Assembly: GCA_964016885.1 (NCBI GenBank)
Contig: OZ024740.1
Span: 412,920,001-412,984,000, forward strand
DNA length: 64,000 nucleotides
DNA from: Eledone cirrhosa
Taxonomy: Eukaryota
Direction: 5' to 3'
Shown here in pieces: positions 1 to 14,975 of the stretch; position 1 is the first letter of the stretch, and every line of letters begins with the position of its first letter. Position numbers and translations under genes: made by a program. The notes beneath the pieces are model-generated. The model was given only the letters and a program-made list of their open reading frames with translations. It was not told where the DNA came from and searched no databases.

Positions 1-3000
1 GATCAAAATAAACTGAAATTAAAAGGGGGTTAAACAGGTGGTGGAAGGGTGTGAGGTGTGTAGGGGTGGTGGCTGGTGGAGTGGGGAGAGGGAGACGGGG
101 TGTCCAAGCGGGGAGGGCTGAAGGTGGTGTGTGTGTGTAGGTGTGCGTGTGTGTGTGTGTGTGTGTATGTGAAAGTAAGGGTTGGAGGAAGAACGGGGTT
201 GCATGTTCAGGAAGAGGTGTGTGTGTGGGGGGGGGGGAGTTTGTGGGTCGGAGTGTCTGTGCGTGTGTGGATAGAGGGGTGGGGGGAGAGGAATCAGGAG
301 GCTGAGGGTGTAGATATGTGGTGGAAAGCACGTCTGTGGGGTTTAAGCGTGTTGTGGGTCTAGGTGGCGTGTGGAGAAAACATTTTTTGTTTGGGGTGTG
401 TGTGTGGGTGAGTTATATAGGTGATTACGTAAGAGGATGGTTGAAAAGTTGGTAAATTCCGAAGATGTTTAGTGGATTGGTGGCTGGTCAATTTCTGCGT
501 GTGGGTATTCCATGAAGCGATGGTCGGAAGAGAGGAGATGTGGGGTGCGCGCGCAACAGGAAGTGGTCAGCAGTGGGAGTGCTGTGGTCTGTTTGTGCTG
601 GGAGGTGGTCAGAGGGCATAGCAGCAGTCGGTGGAATGGTAAAGGGGCGAGGATGAGTAGGTGTGAAAGTTGGAGTGAGGAGGATGTGTGTGTGTGTATT
701 AGTAGGGGTGTTAGTGGGATGATTGAGTGTTGAGCGAGGGTGTGGGTGGAGCGGGGAGAGAAGGGTGTGTGTGGTTCTATGGAGGGAGTGTGGTGTACTG
801 GTGTGTGTGTAGTTTGATGAAGAGGTGTTAGTGGGTGTTAGTATACGGGAGGTGGGGAGGGGTTGAATGCAGGTGTGAGTGGGGGTTAGTGGTGGTAGGG
901 TGTGTAGAGTTAGTGGTGTACGAGGGTGTGTGGGTATGTGTGCGTGGGGTTAGGGGGTGTTAGTGATGTAAGTTGCGTGTGGGGTGGGTGGTGTAAGTGG
1001 GTGCGTGTGTTCGTGTGCTTGGGGTTAGGGGGTGTTAGTGAGGTTAGTTGCGGAGTGGTGGGATGGAGGTGTGGGGGTGAGAGTGTGGGGGTGAGGGTTA
1101 GTGGTGGTAGTAGGGTGTGTGTTTAGTGTGAGCGCGTGTATATATGTGCCGGTGGGTGTGTGCGTGTGATAAGGAGGGGGGAGGAGAACAGGGGAGGGAA
1201 GGGATGTTAGTATGTTAGTTGGGGAAGGGTGGTCAGATGAGGGGTGGAGTGGAGGTGTTAGTATTGTTAGTTGTGGGGTGGGCGGTGAAAAGGAGGGGTG
1301 TGTTAGTGGTGTTAGTGGGGGATAAGTGTGTGTGTGGGGGGGGGGGGGGCGTTCGAAGGCTAAAGGAATAAGGGTGGGGAGTTCAGGCCGGCTGGAGTGT
1401 GGGTCTGTAAGATGAAGATAGTTCGTTGTTCGACCGTAAGGCGATTGGCGGGGGTTCCGTGGCACTGGAGTAGGCCACAGACTCTGAGATGGCGTGCGGA
1501 ATGTCCAGGGCCACCAAAGTGGCGGGCGATGGGGGAACTGCCCCCGAGACGAATATCCCGGAGGTGCTCCGTGACTCGGTCCGCCAGGCGACGTCGCGTC
1601 TGTCCGACATAAGTCCGTAGACTAGGTTGGAGGAGGTGCAGCGGAAGGCATGCCGGACAGAGAGAGAGTGGCCGTTGGGACCCTGGAAGGTGGTGGTGTT
1701 GGTGATGTGGGGACATGTGTTGCAGCGAGGCCTAGAACAGCGTGAGGAACCGGGGGGGGGCAGAGCGTGGGTTGAGGGGTAGGGAGCTGTGGACGAGGAG
1801 GGTGCGGAGATTGAGTGCGCGTTTGAAAAAGGGGAGTGGTGGGTTTGGGAAGATGTGGGAGATGGAGGGGTCGGACTGGAGGCGTCGGAAGAGGCGGCAG
1901 ATGGTGCGGTGGAGGGGTAAGGTGGAGGGGTGGTAGGTGATGGGGAAGGGGAGACGGTGGGTGGGTGTACGGTGGCGTGGGGTGAGGGTGGTGGAGCGGG
2001 GGACAGCACGGGCGCGGAGAGAGCGGTGTGGACGAGAGAGGGGGGTAACCTCTGCGGATGAAATGGCTGACTAGGGAAAGGGCCTGGGACTCAAAGTCAG
2101 CATCACGGCTACAGAGGCGGCGGATCCTGAGAAGTTGGGAGTAGGGAATGGAGTGTTTATTGTGGGTGGGGTGGTAAGAGGTGAAGTCGAGGTAAGAGTG
2201 GGAGTCGGTGGGTTTGAAGAAGGCGGAGGTGACGAGGGAGTGGTGGGAGGGGTCGAAGGCGACGGACATGTCTAAGAAGTGGACGTGGCTGGTGGAGATA
2301 GAGGTGGTGAAGTGGAGGGAGGGGTGGAAGGAGCAGAAGAAGGAGAGAAAGGAGTCGAGCTGTTCTCGGGTGAGGGTCGTGGCTCCGATGCAGTCGTAAA
2401 TGTAACGACCGTACAGTTCGGGCGTGGGGCCGGTGTACTGGGCAAAGATTTGGGCATCAACATGGCCAACAAAAAGGTTGGCATAGTTTGGGTCCATCTT
2501 GTATCCATGGCTACCCCCGTGACCTGTTGGTAAAACTCACCCGAGAAGGAAAAACAATTCAGGGTGAGGACCAGCTCGGCGAGGCGAAGGAGGGTGGGGT
2601 GGAGGGAATGGGGGGTGGGGTGAAGGTCGAGTTAGTGTTTGAGGGCGCGAAGGCCGTCGGCGTGGGGGATGACTGTATAGAGGGACTTGATGTCTAGGGT
2701 GAAGAGGAAGGGCTGTGGGCCGGATGGGTAGGTGAAGGAGTCGAAAACGCGCAGGGCGTGGTTGGTGTCGGAGATGTGGGAGGGGAGGGTAGTGACAAGG
2801 GGGGCGAGGAGGGAGTCGAGAAAGGCGGAGATGAGTTCGGTGGGGCAATTGCAAGCGGAGACGATGGGGCGGCCGGTGTTGTCGGGTTTGTGGAGTTTGG
2901 GGAGGAAGTAGATGGTGGGGGTGCGCGGTGTGCGGACGATGAGGTGGGAAGCGGTGGAGGGGAGGAGGGAGGAGGCGATAAGGTATTTGACGGTGGAGGA

Positions 3001-3111
3001 GACTTGTTGTTGGTAGAGGGGGGTGGGATCGGAGGGTAGAGGGCGGTAAAAGAGGGGGTTACAGAGCTGCCTGAGGGCTTCGGCCGTGTAGAGGTCCGCG
3101 CGCCACACCAC
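1..3111 (-). mobile_element. Penelope-like retroelement, Neptune-type, 5'-truncated; C-rich 3' region runs off the window start
   Basis: GC-rich block ends abruptly at 3111. Minus-strand ORF pieces give PLE RT and GIY-YIG motifs (next entry). Confidence 0.85.
1360..3111 (-). pseudogene. Frameshifted PLE reverse transcriptase + Cys-rich linker + GIY-YIG endonuclease
   Basis: YFLPKLHKPDNTGRPIVS, LFTLDIKSLYTVIPH, PNYANLFVG, RYIYD (degenerate YIDD), FLDM, KPTDSHSYL, SIPYSQLLRIRRLCS; linker CSRPRCNTCPH; YVGQTRRRLADRVTEH...PAGLN, spread over several frames. Confidence 0.9.
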
Positions 3112-3793
3112 TATCGGCCAATTTAATTTATTGGGTCCTCAATGATACCATAGTTAATAGGCAAATCAGACAGGCCAGCGAAATAGAACTTAGAAGACCA
3201 AGGCTAAACAGATAAAATGAATGGAATAACAACAACACCCAAACAAACAATACCGACCTAAGAGAAGTATAAATAAATAAATAAATAAATAAATACATAC
3301 ACAAGCACAATAACACCAAACACATATAAACACACACTAGTAAACCAAGATATAATACAATAACCAACACACTGTCACCCAAACACGAACACACATCAAA
3401 CACTATACACACGCATGCTCAGAGAAGACAAAAAATAAATAAATAAATAAACAGACTAAATAAAAATGGCGTAGGCATACAATACAACAGGAGGAAACAT
3501 AATAGCACCACTGACAATGTTGCAGATGTGCAACGGAAGAACTTTGTTAGACTATATATATGTGTTTGTGTCTATATTGTATCTGTATTTTTGACCGTTG
3601 GTCAGTCAATGGTAATATTGAGGACCGAATAAATTAAATTGACCGATATAAAAGACTCAAAAGCGAAAAGCAACCAAACAGTGAGTGTGTTCTATTATTA
3701 ATTCTGGCAATATTAATACACAAATATGACCATCCCCAAGTATAACAATATTTGTTTCGACACGATTTCATATAAAAAAACCTCGCAAAACTA
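3112..3793 (+). mobile_element. 3' fragment of a second PLE family (GIY-YIG tail + 3' UTR) with a short inverted segment at 3112-3155
   Basis: About 3156-3240 translates NRQIRQASEIELRRPRLNR*NEWN. Homologous to 33620-34935. Ends in (TA)n. Confidence 0.7.
3502..3555 (+). ncRNA. Degenerate hammerhead ribozyme
   Basis: CTGACAA-TGTTGCA/GATG/TGCAACG-GAAG-AACTT-TGTTAGACTAT. The sister copy at 33875-33928 (-) retains GAAA. Confidence 0.5.
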
Positions 3794-3816
3794 ATATATA
3801 TATATCTATATATATA

Positions 3817-3882
<66 letters not shown>

Positions 3883-3891
3883 TGTGGGGGG

Positions 3892-3946
<55 letters not shown>

Positions 3947-4146
3947 CATCTATATATTCAATGGAAGCAAGGAGGATACACGCTACACGTGGTGAGAGGA
4001 ATAAACTTCAAGTAAATATGTTCCATACATGGCCTTTGTAGTTTCGGAGTTGACATTTAGAAACGATGCACTATATCCCGCATTCGTTTTTTTTTGTTTT
4101 TTTCCTCGACATGGAGGATTGAACAATTTAGCTTCGAATATATGTA

Positions 4147-6444
<2,298 letters not shown>

Positions 6445-6633
6445 ATAATAATAAATAAATTTGAAGACTAAAATCCAAAGAGGTCTCGATAAGGAGAAAT
6501 ATATATCAAATATATAAGAACCGTAGAATAATATATAAATATATAAGTAATATAAAAATATTAAAATATATAAGAATCTGCGTTCACAGATTCCTCCGGT
6601 TGCAACGTTTTTTGAAATATTCACTTCTGCGTT

Positions 6634-6711
6634 AACAGATTGACTTTGTTAGTTTCAGAAGATCCCGTTAAGGGTGAAAGCAGCGATTCTTTGCTTAAAC
6701 TTTAATCTGTT
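6634..6711 (+). ncRNA. Hammerhead ribozyme (core CAGAAGA) in a short repeat at about 6441-6720
   Basis: aacagatt...agttt-CAGAAGA-tccc/gttaa/gggt-GAAA-gca...tgc-TT^aaact..aatctgtt. Family recurs at 51060-51476. Confidence 0.65.
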
Positions 6712-6712
6712 A

Positions 6713-6836
<124 letters not shown>

Positions 6837-6869
6837 TACAAATATTAATAAAATAGATGTTCTTTTGAA

Positions 6870-6936
6870 CAGTTACATTTTATTATACATATTTCGGATG
6901 TCAACAGTACGTCCTCATCAGACAAAATATAATGAT
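6870..6936 (-). ncRNA. Type I hammerhead ribozyme, inverted copy
   Basis: Reverse complement of the 7002-7071 motif. Confidence 0.8.
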
Positions 6937-7001
6937 ACATGACATACCCTGAGATGGTTAAGATCTTAACCATTTGACATCTCAGGGTATCATTATATTG
7001 T

Positions 7002-7071
7002 ATCATTATATTTTGTCTGATGAGGACGTACTATTGTACATCCGAAATATGTATAATAAAATGTAACTGAT
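7002..7071 (+). ncRNA. Minimal type I hammerhead ribozyme
   Basis: atcattatattttgt-CTGATGA-ggacgtac/tatt/gtacatcc-GAAA-TATGTA-TA^ataaaatgtaactgat; stems I and II pair. Confidence 0.88.
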
Positions 7072-7203
7072 CAAAAGAACATTTATTTTATTAATATATG
7101 TATTTTAATATTAATAGCTCTGGAAAATTATTTTTACCGTAGAGTGCTTCCAATCTACTGTAAAACTCATTCTTTGATATACTCATTGAATCTTGTTTAA
7201 CTC

Positions 7204-7272
<69 letters not shown>

Positions 7273-7820
7273 CATATATATATGTATGTGTGTATGTGCG
7301 TGTTTGTGTACCTCTGTTTGTATGTGTGGTGCGTGTGTGTGTGTACATACACTTTGCGTGGCATATATGTTTGTGAGTCTGTATGTGTAAGGCTGTGTAT
7401 ATATGTATATATTTGTATGTATTGGTGAATAATGCAACACAATATATGCAAGGAATATACAGTTGTATTCTAAGATATTTAAAGCAATGTTTCATGTAGT
7501 CGAATGGTATCATTATCCGCCCCACTGAAGTATGATTTCAAAAACAAGAAGGAACAATGAAGGAATAGGAATTGTTAGCAAGGGTGATTTATTCGTTAAG
7601 TAATTATGTTTTGAAACAATGGGCGAGTTCGAAATTAGAAATATAGGTTTTTGCCGTATTTTTCTGACTAAAGAAATTTTAGCCTGATAGTGGGGTTTAG
7701 AACCCTCTAGGAAATGGAAAAGGATAGCTATTGATGTACATGTACGTCAATACTCAATTATTCCATTTCTTATATGGTTCTAAACACACAATCAGGCTAA
7801 AATTTCTTTAGTAAAATAAT

Positions 7821-8008
7821 TGTTTCTACGTTAGGCACAAGGCCAGCAATTATCAGTGTATTACTGGTACTTTATTTTATCGACCCCGTAAGGATGAAAG
7901 GCAAAGTTAACCTCGGCGGGATTTGAACTCAGAATGGCAACGGCCGTAACTCTATGCGCCAAAGCATGGCATCCGACACTCTACCAATACTGCCAATCCA
8001 CCGCCCTC
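7821..8008 (-). mobile_element. tRNA-derived SINE with 18-bp TSD, inserted in an older palindromic element (about 7647-8038)
   Basis: Reverse complement has A box TGGCAGTATTGG, B box GAGTTCAAATCC and central GCCTTTCATCCTTACGGGGTCGATAAAATAAAGTACCAG. TSD TTTCTTTAGTAAAATAAT at 7803-7820 and 8009-8026. Confidence 0.92.
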
Positions 8009-8056
8009 TTTCTTTAGTAAAATAATACGGCGAAAACATATATATATATATATATT

Positions 8057-9014
8057 TGTGTGTGACTTTGTTTAGTTTGTGTATGTAAATCTTTATATTT
8101 AATAATCTCCCATTGGGTTGAGATGCAATTTGGGCAATATTCGGCTGTGCTTTCTAGCAACCAGCCCACTCGCCGTAAGTAACCAATCACATTCTTTCTG
8201 TCTTGACCACTTCCACGTCACGATTCTTAGCCATTTTGAATTTATTTCTGGCGGGGATCACTTTAGAAAATTACCTGTCCTATGAGTTTGTTTCCTGACG
8301 AGTTCGAAGCTCGAGATTTTATCCTTAATAGGATCTCTCAAAATGCGAACGAAACCCGAGGATAGAGACATAATCCCGGTAAGTGTGTACGCATTCCTCT
8401 AACTTTAATTGTATACCTAATTATGTATGGTTGACGGTATATTTAGTCGATTTCCACGTGCTCTTGAAATGTTGGGTAAAATTCTATGGCGGTCGACCGC
8501 GAAGAGATTGCTGTCGTTTATTTATCTAATATTTCTTCATAGGTGCCTTTTAATCTTATAGCCTGGTCTAATTGATTTTTTATGTGGTTGATTATGCTAA
8601 TTGGGGGAGGAAATGGTGTATATATATTATCAAATGATTCTTTGGACATACTTTATAGTATTGTGGGTTCGATTCCTGGACCAGGCGATGCGTTATGTCC
8701 TTGAGCAAGACACTTTATTTCACATTGCTCCTTCTACCTGGAGTTGCGACCGATAGATAGTATTAGCAATTGGAAAGATCAACGGAAACATTGTTCCCTC
8801 GGTCCGATTTGACGAAAGTCGATCGTTCCTCTTATATATATATATATACATATATATATGCGTGCGTGTGTGAAACAGCGTTCTGTACTGTTTATTATAA
8901 CATATTGCTGTATTTTGAGCTGTTTTCACTTCTCAACCTATGTTTCAATTTCAAATTTGTTTATCTTGTTTTTGTAAAACACGATATCTTTTTCATATTT
9001 CTCTCTCTCTCTCG

Positions 9015-9062
<48 letters not shown>

Positions 9063-9470
9063 TATAAAGTAAAGTATGCCCATAGAATCATTTGAGAACG
9101 AAACCCATGGGTCGGAACTTAATCCTGGTATGTATATAAACATTTCTAACTGTAATTTTATACCTAATTGTGTATGGTTGACCGTATATTTAATTAATTT
9201 CCACGTGCTGTTGAAATGTTGGGTAACAATTCTATAGCGGTTGGCCGCGAAGACGCTGCTTTCGTTTATTTATTTACTGTTTCTTCATAGGTGCCTTTTA
9301 ATCTTATAGCCTGGTCTAATTGATTTTTTGTGTGGTTAATTATGCTAATTGGGAGAAGAAATGATGTATATATATTATCAAATGATTCTATAGACATACT
9401 TTACTTTAAAGTATTTTGCTCTCATTATTTAGTTTATTAATTCTTCATTGAGCCACATCGTGACTTTGTT
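8057..9470. repeat. Two partial copies (about 8057-8657 and 9085-9470) of a ~670-bp repeat family
   Basis: Shared ATACCTAATT(A/G)TGTATGGTTGAC...GGACATACTTTA block. Tandem copy at 48711-49652. Confidence 0.8.
8664..8735 (+). mobile_element. Fragment of a second tRNA-SINE (CORE-like)
   Basis: B box GGTTCGATTCC followed by TGTCCTTGAGCAAGACACTTTATTTCACATTGCTCC. Confidence 0.6.
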
Positions 9471-9509
9471 TAATTGGAGTATGTGTAAATATTTATATTT
9501 ATATATATA

Positions 9510-10440
9510 TATATACCATCTATAATAGGCTGTTTACCAATGGGTAAATTGGTGGTTCTGGTTGGAAATAAATTAATTAAAGGTCTCAACATCATGCAAA
9601 TCATCCATCGTAGATGTGGTTTCCCGTGGCTGGAAACATACGTGGGGCACACTATCAAATATTTCTGGGTTTTTTTTTATAGACAATCCAAGCAGTACTT
9701 AAGACTTCTATGATTGTTATGACAGTTTTCTAGTTAAGAAGTATTTGCTCTTTACACACGTAAGAGATGTGTTATACTTTGTGCAAACCAATCAGGAGTT
9801 TCTTATGGGTTGTGCATAATTTCCTTATAACATTTTACTAACATATCATGCGTAGAAGTTAGAGAAGATAACCAGAAGTTTGGTATATTATTAATGGCAA
9901 GAGATTACCATTTGTTGGCTTTCTTTAGTGCAAACTCCAGTTCTTCAATAGCTGTGTATTGCCATGTCTACCTTGTCAATGTATTATCTGTTTATTCATG
10001 CTCTATCCCTTCTGCATTCGCATTTGACATTATTCTGTATTCCATACAGTTTTCCAAATTTCTTCAATTACATGGATTGCAAGAGATTCCTTCTTTTCAA
10101 TTGTCTGTGTTTCCATTTCCCTATAAAATCTTTTTGCATCTGCCACAAACAGCTTATTTTGTTTGTAAAACGTATTTCACTTTTCAAATCTTCTGATTAT
10201 TTGGTATTTTAGCTGTACTTCCTTTTTGGAAGTTTCTTTGATTGATGGAATATCAGGTTTTGAAGTTACTTTGTTTTTCTTAATCTCTTTCTTTCCTTTT
10301 CTTGATTTGACAAATTTCCCAGCACATTTTTCCTCCAGGATCAATAATTCTCCCCTCATCATTCCAATTGTTTTCTTAATTTTTATTTTCCAGGTTGGTT
10401 TTTTTTTGTGTGTTGTGACCTTTTCACTTTTTTCTTGACA
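9510..10440 (-). pseudogene. Decayed R4/Dong-like non-LTR retrotransposon RT region
   Basis: IRRFEK*NTFYKQNKLFVADAKRFYRE...EEIWKTVW; LKKANKW..INNIPNFWL..HDML..TPDWF; FDSVP. Stops and frameshifts. Confidence 0.65.
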
Positions 10441-11339
10441 CGCTAGTACGGTTAAACATCAGCATGTTTAAATAACATCATTCCTTCAATTATGATACAT
10501 CAGGCTCCATTTCTTTAATATCGTGTTATTAATTTATATATGAATCGCGACAGAAAGTGAACATAGGCTCAGCAATGCCGACGAAACAAATGGCAAGTTT
10601 GAAGGTTTAAGGTAACACGGAGGACGTAACTGAGAACGTGTTGTTCACTGCTTGTAAGCGGTTGTTATATTTACATGTCCACCTAGTTTTTTTCTGAGAA
10701 AATATAAGCTAGAATCATACGGAGTAGTAGACGGCTCGACTTATATTCCTCCTTGTTTTTTGCTGTGCCTATCCTATGGATGTGTGATGGTGGTCACAGC
10801 CTTAATGATTCATAGCGGAAGGCTGTCAAATTATTTTTCATAAACATTCCTTACATTTTTTAAAAACTGGCAAAGAATCATATATATTTATATTGACATA
10901 TTCTTACAGGTATATATGTGTGCTGTTATTATTATGTGTATAAGTGAGCGTATATGCGTATGAATGTATGATTGTGTTTGATAAGATACTTATACATAAT
11001 TCCATGTGTATGCAACCTATATTTATATCAGTGAGTGATAATTATGTGTATAACTTTCCGTACACAACATGGACATACACCTACTTGATAAACTATAATT
11101 CTATATTTCTCCTCTTAAAACTTTTCTAAGACGATTAGGTTTCCATTAATCTCAGAAAAGTTAAAATTTCCATTGTAAAAATAGGCCGGTTATGGATTTA
11201 GTTTAAGGAAAGATAGCTGTAAATACTTCTTCAAATATCAATTTTCTTCAAAAAGAAAGAAATATGAAAAAAAAAAATAAGCACGTACGCAGGTACATCC
11301 ATATAAACACACAGAAACACATACGTATGCAGACACACA

Positions 11340-11547
<208 letters not shown>

Positions 11548-12134
11548 TGTGTGTATGTGAGCACGTGTATGGTATGTTCATGTCTGTGTGCGCATGTGTG
11601 TGTGAGAGAGTTACACTCTTAAATCAAATGTACCGCGATAATAAATCAATATCATTACAAAAACTTTTATTTTCTATTATTTTCTTTTACTTCCAATTTG
11701 AAACATTAAGCCAAAATTAAATAATATTTGCCTTCGTGTAATAGTCGAATTTCAAGTTGATTTTTGAAAGGTTAAATTCATGAGATTGACAATTACATGG
11801 ATACTACACTTGACGGATTGAGCATATATTTAAATTTCATAATTGTGGTTTTCTCAGCATAAGGGTTCATATAGAATGAGGCACATTCTTAGACATTAAC
11901 TATATCACTGCATAAAAATTAAATGACTGTAATATAACTTGTACTTGGGTTATTAAACATCTATTAACTGAGAATACAAAATGTATTATTAATTTATTAT
12001 CACATGATGGAAATAATTTATTATTCACAAGCTGGTAACAATTGCAGAAGGTTTCTTCAACAGAAGAAACTGTGGCTAACAATAAATATCATCAACAGCT
12101 TCATATTCAGCTAAAGAGAATGTGGATATTTCCT

Positions 12135-12175
<41 letters not shown>

Positions 12176-12180
<5 letters not shown>

Positions 12181-12245
12181 CGAGTAATATTCCCGAGATC
12201 CATGGACGAGTTCTCTCCAGCGGTATCTGTCCCTCATTATCGCTC

Positions 12246-12248
<3 letters not shown>
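12176..12248 (-). mobile_element. Tiny 3' fragment of the RTE-like LINE also at 25352-26430
   Basis: GAGTTCTCTCCAGCGGT(A)TCTGTCCCTCATTAT is shared with about 25372-25404. Embedded in (TA)n. Confidence 0.7.
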
Positions 12249-12287
<39 letters not shown>

Positions 12288-12334
12288 CAGGAAAGAAGGT
12301 TTACATGGTTTGCTATACAAAAAAGTTTTTATTC

Positions 12335-12449
12335 ACATAGCTTACATTTGTTTCACTGAACTGGTCTGTCTAGAGATCGCTATCCGCCTAATTTTGCGTC
12401 ATTCGATCGCCAATACAGAATTATAACCAGTCAGATCTTCGGAGCATGC
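12335..12449 (-). ncRNA. Hammerhead ribozyme in the Naiad 3' UTR (sense to ORF)
   Basis: Reverse complement of 16211-16325. Confidence 0.78.
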
Positions 12450-12804
12450 GAGAATGAAGAAAATACACAGGCAAGAAAAGAAAAGAAAATATGGAGTAGT
12501 TATGGCATTCAATTAGAACAATAACAACAACAATTATTACAACAATGCTATCAATAAACTATTTAAGGAGACCCTGACATTACTTAGGTGGGGGGTATAT
12601 AATGTATCTAATATTACGGCGTGAAAACCAGCTGTCATAAGGCAAAAAGTATCGTAGTGTGTATCAATTTTAAATTATAAAGATAAGCTAGTTTTTACAG
12701 TCTTTCTCTTCATCTTCAACAGTATACATGAGTGGGACCACTGTCAAAGCTCAATAGTTGTAGAGTTAATACAGAGGTTAACGAATTAATATACGCATAT
12801 ATCT

Positions 12805-12865
<61 letters not shown>

Positions 12866-13190
12866 AATATATATACACATATGTGTACATAGACACATAC
12901 ATACACATCAATATACACACGTACAAAAATATACATACATGCAAAGAGAAAAGCGTGCTAATTGTAATATGGCAAAAAGAAGGTAAAGTAACATTGTAGT
13001 AGTGAAATGAGAGAAACTAGGATCTAGTATCAAATGATTGCAGCAGCTGAGAAGGAGTAAGATTGTTGGTAGATGAGGTATTTACAGACAATTGTGTGGT
13101 ATAGACTTGTGAAGGAAATAGTATACTTAATGAATATATTTCTGTGGGTAGTAGGTATCCTAATTTAAAGCTATGTTATGTTGGTTCGAT

Positions 13191-14975
13191 TCACGGAGGT
13201 TTGAATCTTATGAATTTAGTGGCTATTCTATGTCTGCAGAAGATAGATCTTTCTAACTTATTATTAAGTAGCCTTTTAACATTTCTAAGGATATACAATA
13301 GCTCAAGATCACACAGCCCGCAATAGGACATCCCTGTACTATAGGTTTTAGCAGCCGACAACTTCGACCAGTTGATAGTGTAGCTAGCGTTGCTGTCCTT
13401 CAATTCCCATATTTTTCTGGCGAGGGTGGTGGAACCCATAAGTGCTCGATTTTTCATTGAGTGCCTGTGCACATACCATCTTTTCTTAAAAGAACCCGCG
13501 GTGGATCCTATGTAATTCCAGGTGGAGTTACCCGAGATGACAGTGCACATGTACACCAGGCTCGAATCGAGACATCTATTCGCCAATGGGCACCTATCTG
13601 GGAGGTGACAGTTGCAGTTTGAGGCGCTATTTTGTGCAGCTTTTACATTCCTATTTAGTACCCTGTTATAAGTGGGTTGTGATATATGCCCCATGGGGTT
13701 TTGCTGCTGCGCGTTTGTATGCGCTTGTGGTTGTGATGTTGTGATGAGTTTGTGCTTATGTATAGGTGCAATTGATTTACTAGAGATATTTCTGTGGTTG
13801 ATCTTACGTATGTGTGATTCTATGTTAGCTGCTGTTGAGAATGAGAGTTTAATAGTAGATCTATTGAGTATTTTGTGATATCTATGCGAGATAGGGAAGT
13901 GTTTATCTATTAGTTTAAAGAATGTAGAGGGCAGTCTAGTTTTTATAGAGCAGTTGAATATTGGGTTGAACCATAGGTATTTTCTTTGTCTGTTTCTTCT
14001 ATTGTTTCTAGGGTTTACGTTATTAGTGTTTTGGCCGTTTACTCTAGGTGTTACATGTCTAACCCTATGTCTAGTCAAGCTATTCCTATTATTATGTGAG
14101 CGGTTGGAGTAGAAATTACTAGGATTGTTTATGTTGTCCTTATTCACTATATACTGTAGTTTATCTTTATGACCGGCCCTACTTAATGCTGCATTATAAT
14201 AGTCAGCATGCTCGTTAAAGATTTCTAGGTTTGAGGATAGGCGGGATATTCGGAGGGATATACTACGTGCTATGGATTTAATTATGGATTTGGGGTGATT
14301 TGAGTTGTAACTAATGTAGGCAAGATTTTCATTATTTTTGTGGAAAGGTTCTATTAATCCAGTATTTAGATTTAGAGTTACATCTAGAAAGTTTACCTTC
14401 TTATGGTTTAGTTCGTAGGTAATACTTAGGCCTAGTTTTTTGAAGAATATTCTAATATTTTTCCTTAGTCTTTCCATGCTCTGGTTGTTTAGGTTCCTAG
14501 CTATAAGTAACGTGTCGTCCCTATAAATTCCTCCTTGGAGGTTACTGAATTCCTTATGTAGGTTGTGTGCTATGAATAGTCCCACGATATCTGTAATTTG
14601 CGCAGAATCATTTGATCCCATTGTAATATCGAAGCTATTTATTCTATCCTTTCTTACCCAGTAGTTATTTTCAAATTTTACGATAGTCCTTCTAGCCGCT
14701 ATTATTATTTCAATTTCATCATGGGTAAGATTAGAGTTATTTTGGGCAAATATAAGCGCCTTATCTAGGGTAGCTGGGGATATGGATGCATAATAGTCGT
14801 CTATATCAAATTGTATGAAGTTACACGTCTCCCTATTTTGTATTTTATTGAACCATTTAATTGCCTCGTTAGTGTTACCCCATAAATTGATTTCTAGTTT
14901 ACCCTTTATTTGTGCGATAACCCTATCTAGAATGTTTTTGCTAATTTTACCTATGTCTGACTTGGATGGGCATAT
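13191..14975 (-). CDS. PLE polyprotein (RT + C-terminal GIY-YIG), uninterrupted but missing its N-terminus
   Basis: PSKSDIGKISK, FIQFDIDDYYASI, FDITMGSNDSAQ, GIYRDD, VNFLDVTLNL, SNHP, WFNP, CNCHLPDRCPL, VY..YIG..R, CGLCDLE, terminal CRH. The ORF-track start at 15035 is chimeric with the inverted arm. Confidence 0.9.
   Translation of the reverse strand: MCPSKSDIGKISKNILDRVIAQIKGKLEINLWGNTNEAIKWFNKIQNRETCNFIQFDIDDYYASISPATLDKALIFAQNNSNLTHDEIEIIIAARRTIVKFENNYWVRKDRINSFDITMGSNDSAQITDIVGLFIAHNLHKEFSNLQGGIYRDDTLLIARNLNNQSMERLRKNIRIFFKKLGLSITYELNHKKVNFLDVTLNLNTGLIEPFHKNNENLAYISYNSNHPKSIIKSIARSISLRISRLSSNLEIFNEHADYYNAALSRAGHKDKLQYIVNKDNINNPSNFYSNRSHNNRNSLTRHRVRHVTPRVNGQNTNNVNPRNNRRNRQRKYLWFNPIFNCSIKTRLPSTFFKLIDKHFPISHRYHKILNRSTIKLSFSTAANIESHIRKINHRNISSKSIAPIHKHKLITTSQPQAHTNAQQQNPMGHISQPTYNRVLNRNVKAAQNSASNCNCHLPDRCPLANRCLDSSLVYMCTVISGNSTWNYIGSTAGSFKKRWYVHRHSMKNRALMGSTTLARKIWELKDSNASYTINWSKLSAAKTYSTGMSYCGLCDLELLYILRNVKRLLNNKLERSIFCRHRIATKFIRFKPP

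Noticed and set aside
820-1330. Telomeric TTAGGG array
   Set aside because: Only scattered TTAG(G/T)G-like words, not a tandem array.
7676-7730. tagc-CTGATAG...GAAA...TA-gcta as a hammerhead
   Set aside because: Core and stem III are non-canonical; may be chance.
7821-8008. tRNA gene
   Set aside because: A/B boxes belong to a repeated SINE with TSDs; no cloverleaf.
13191-14975. Selenocysteine-encoding Naiad variant
   Set aside because: No in-frame TGA in the visible ORF.
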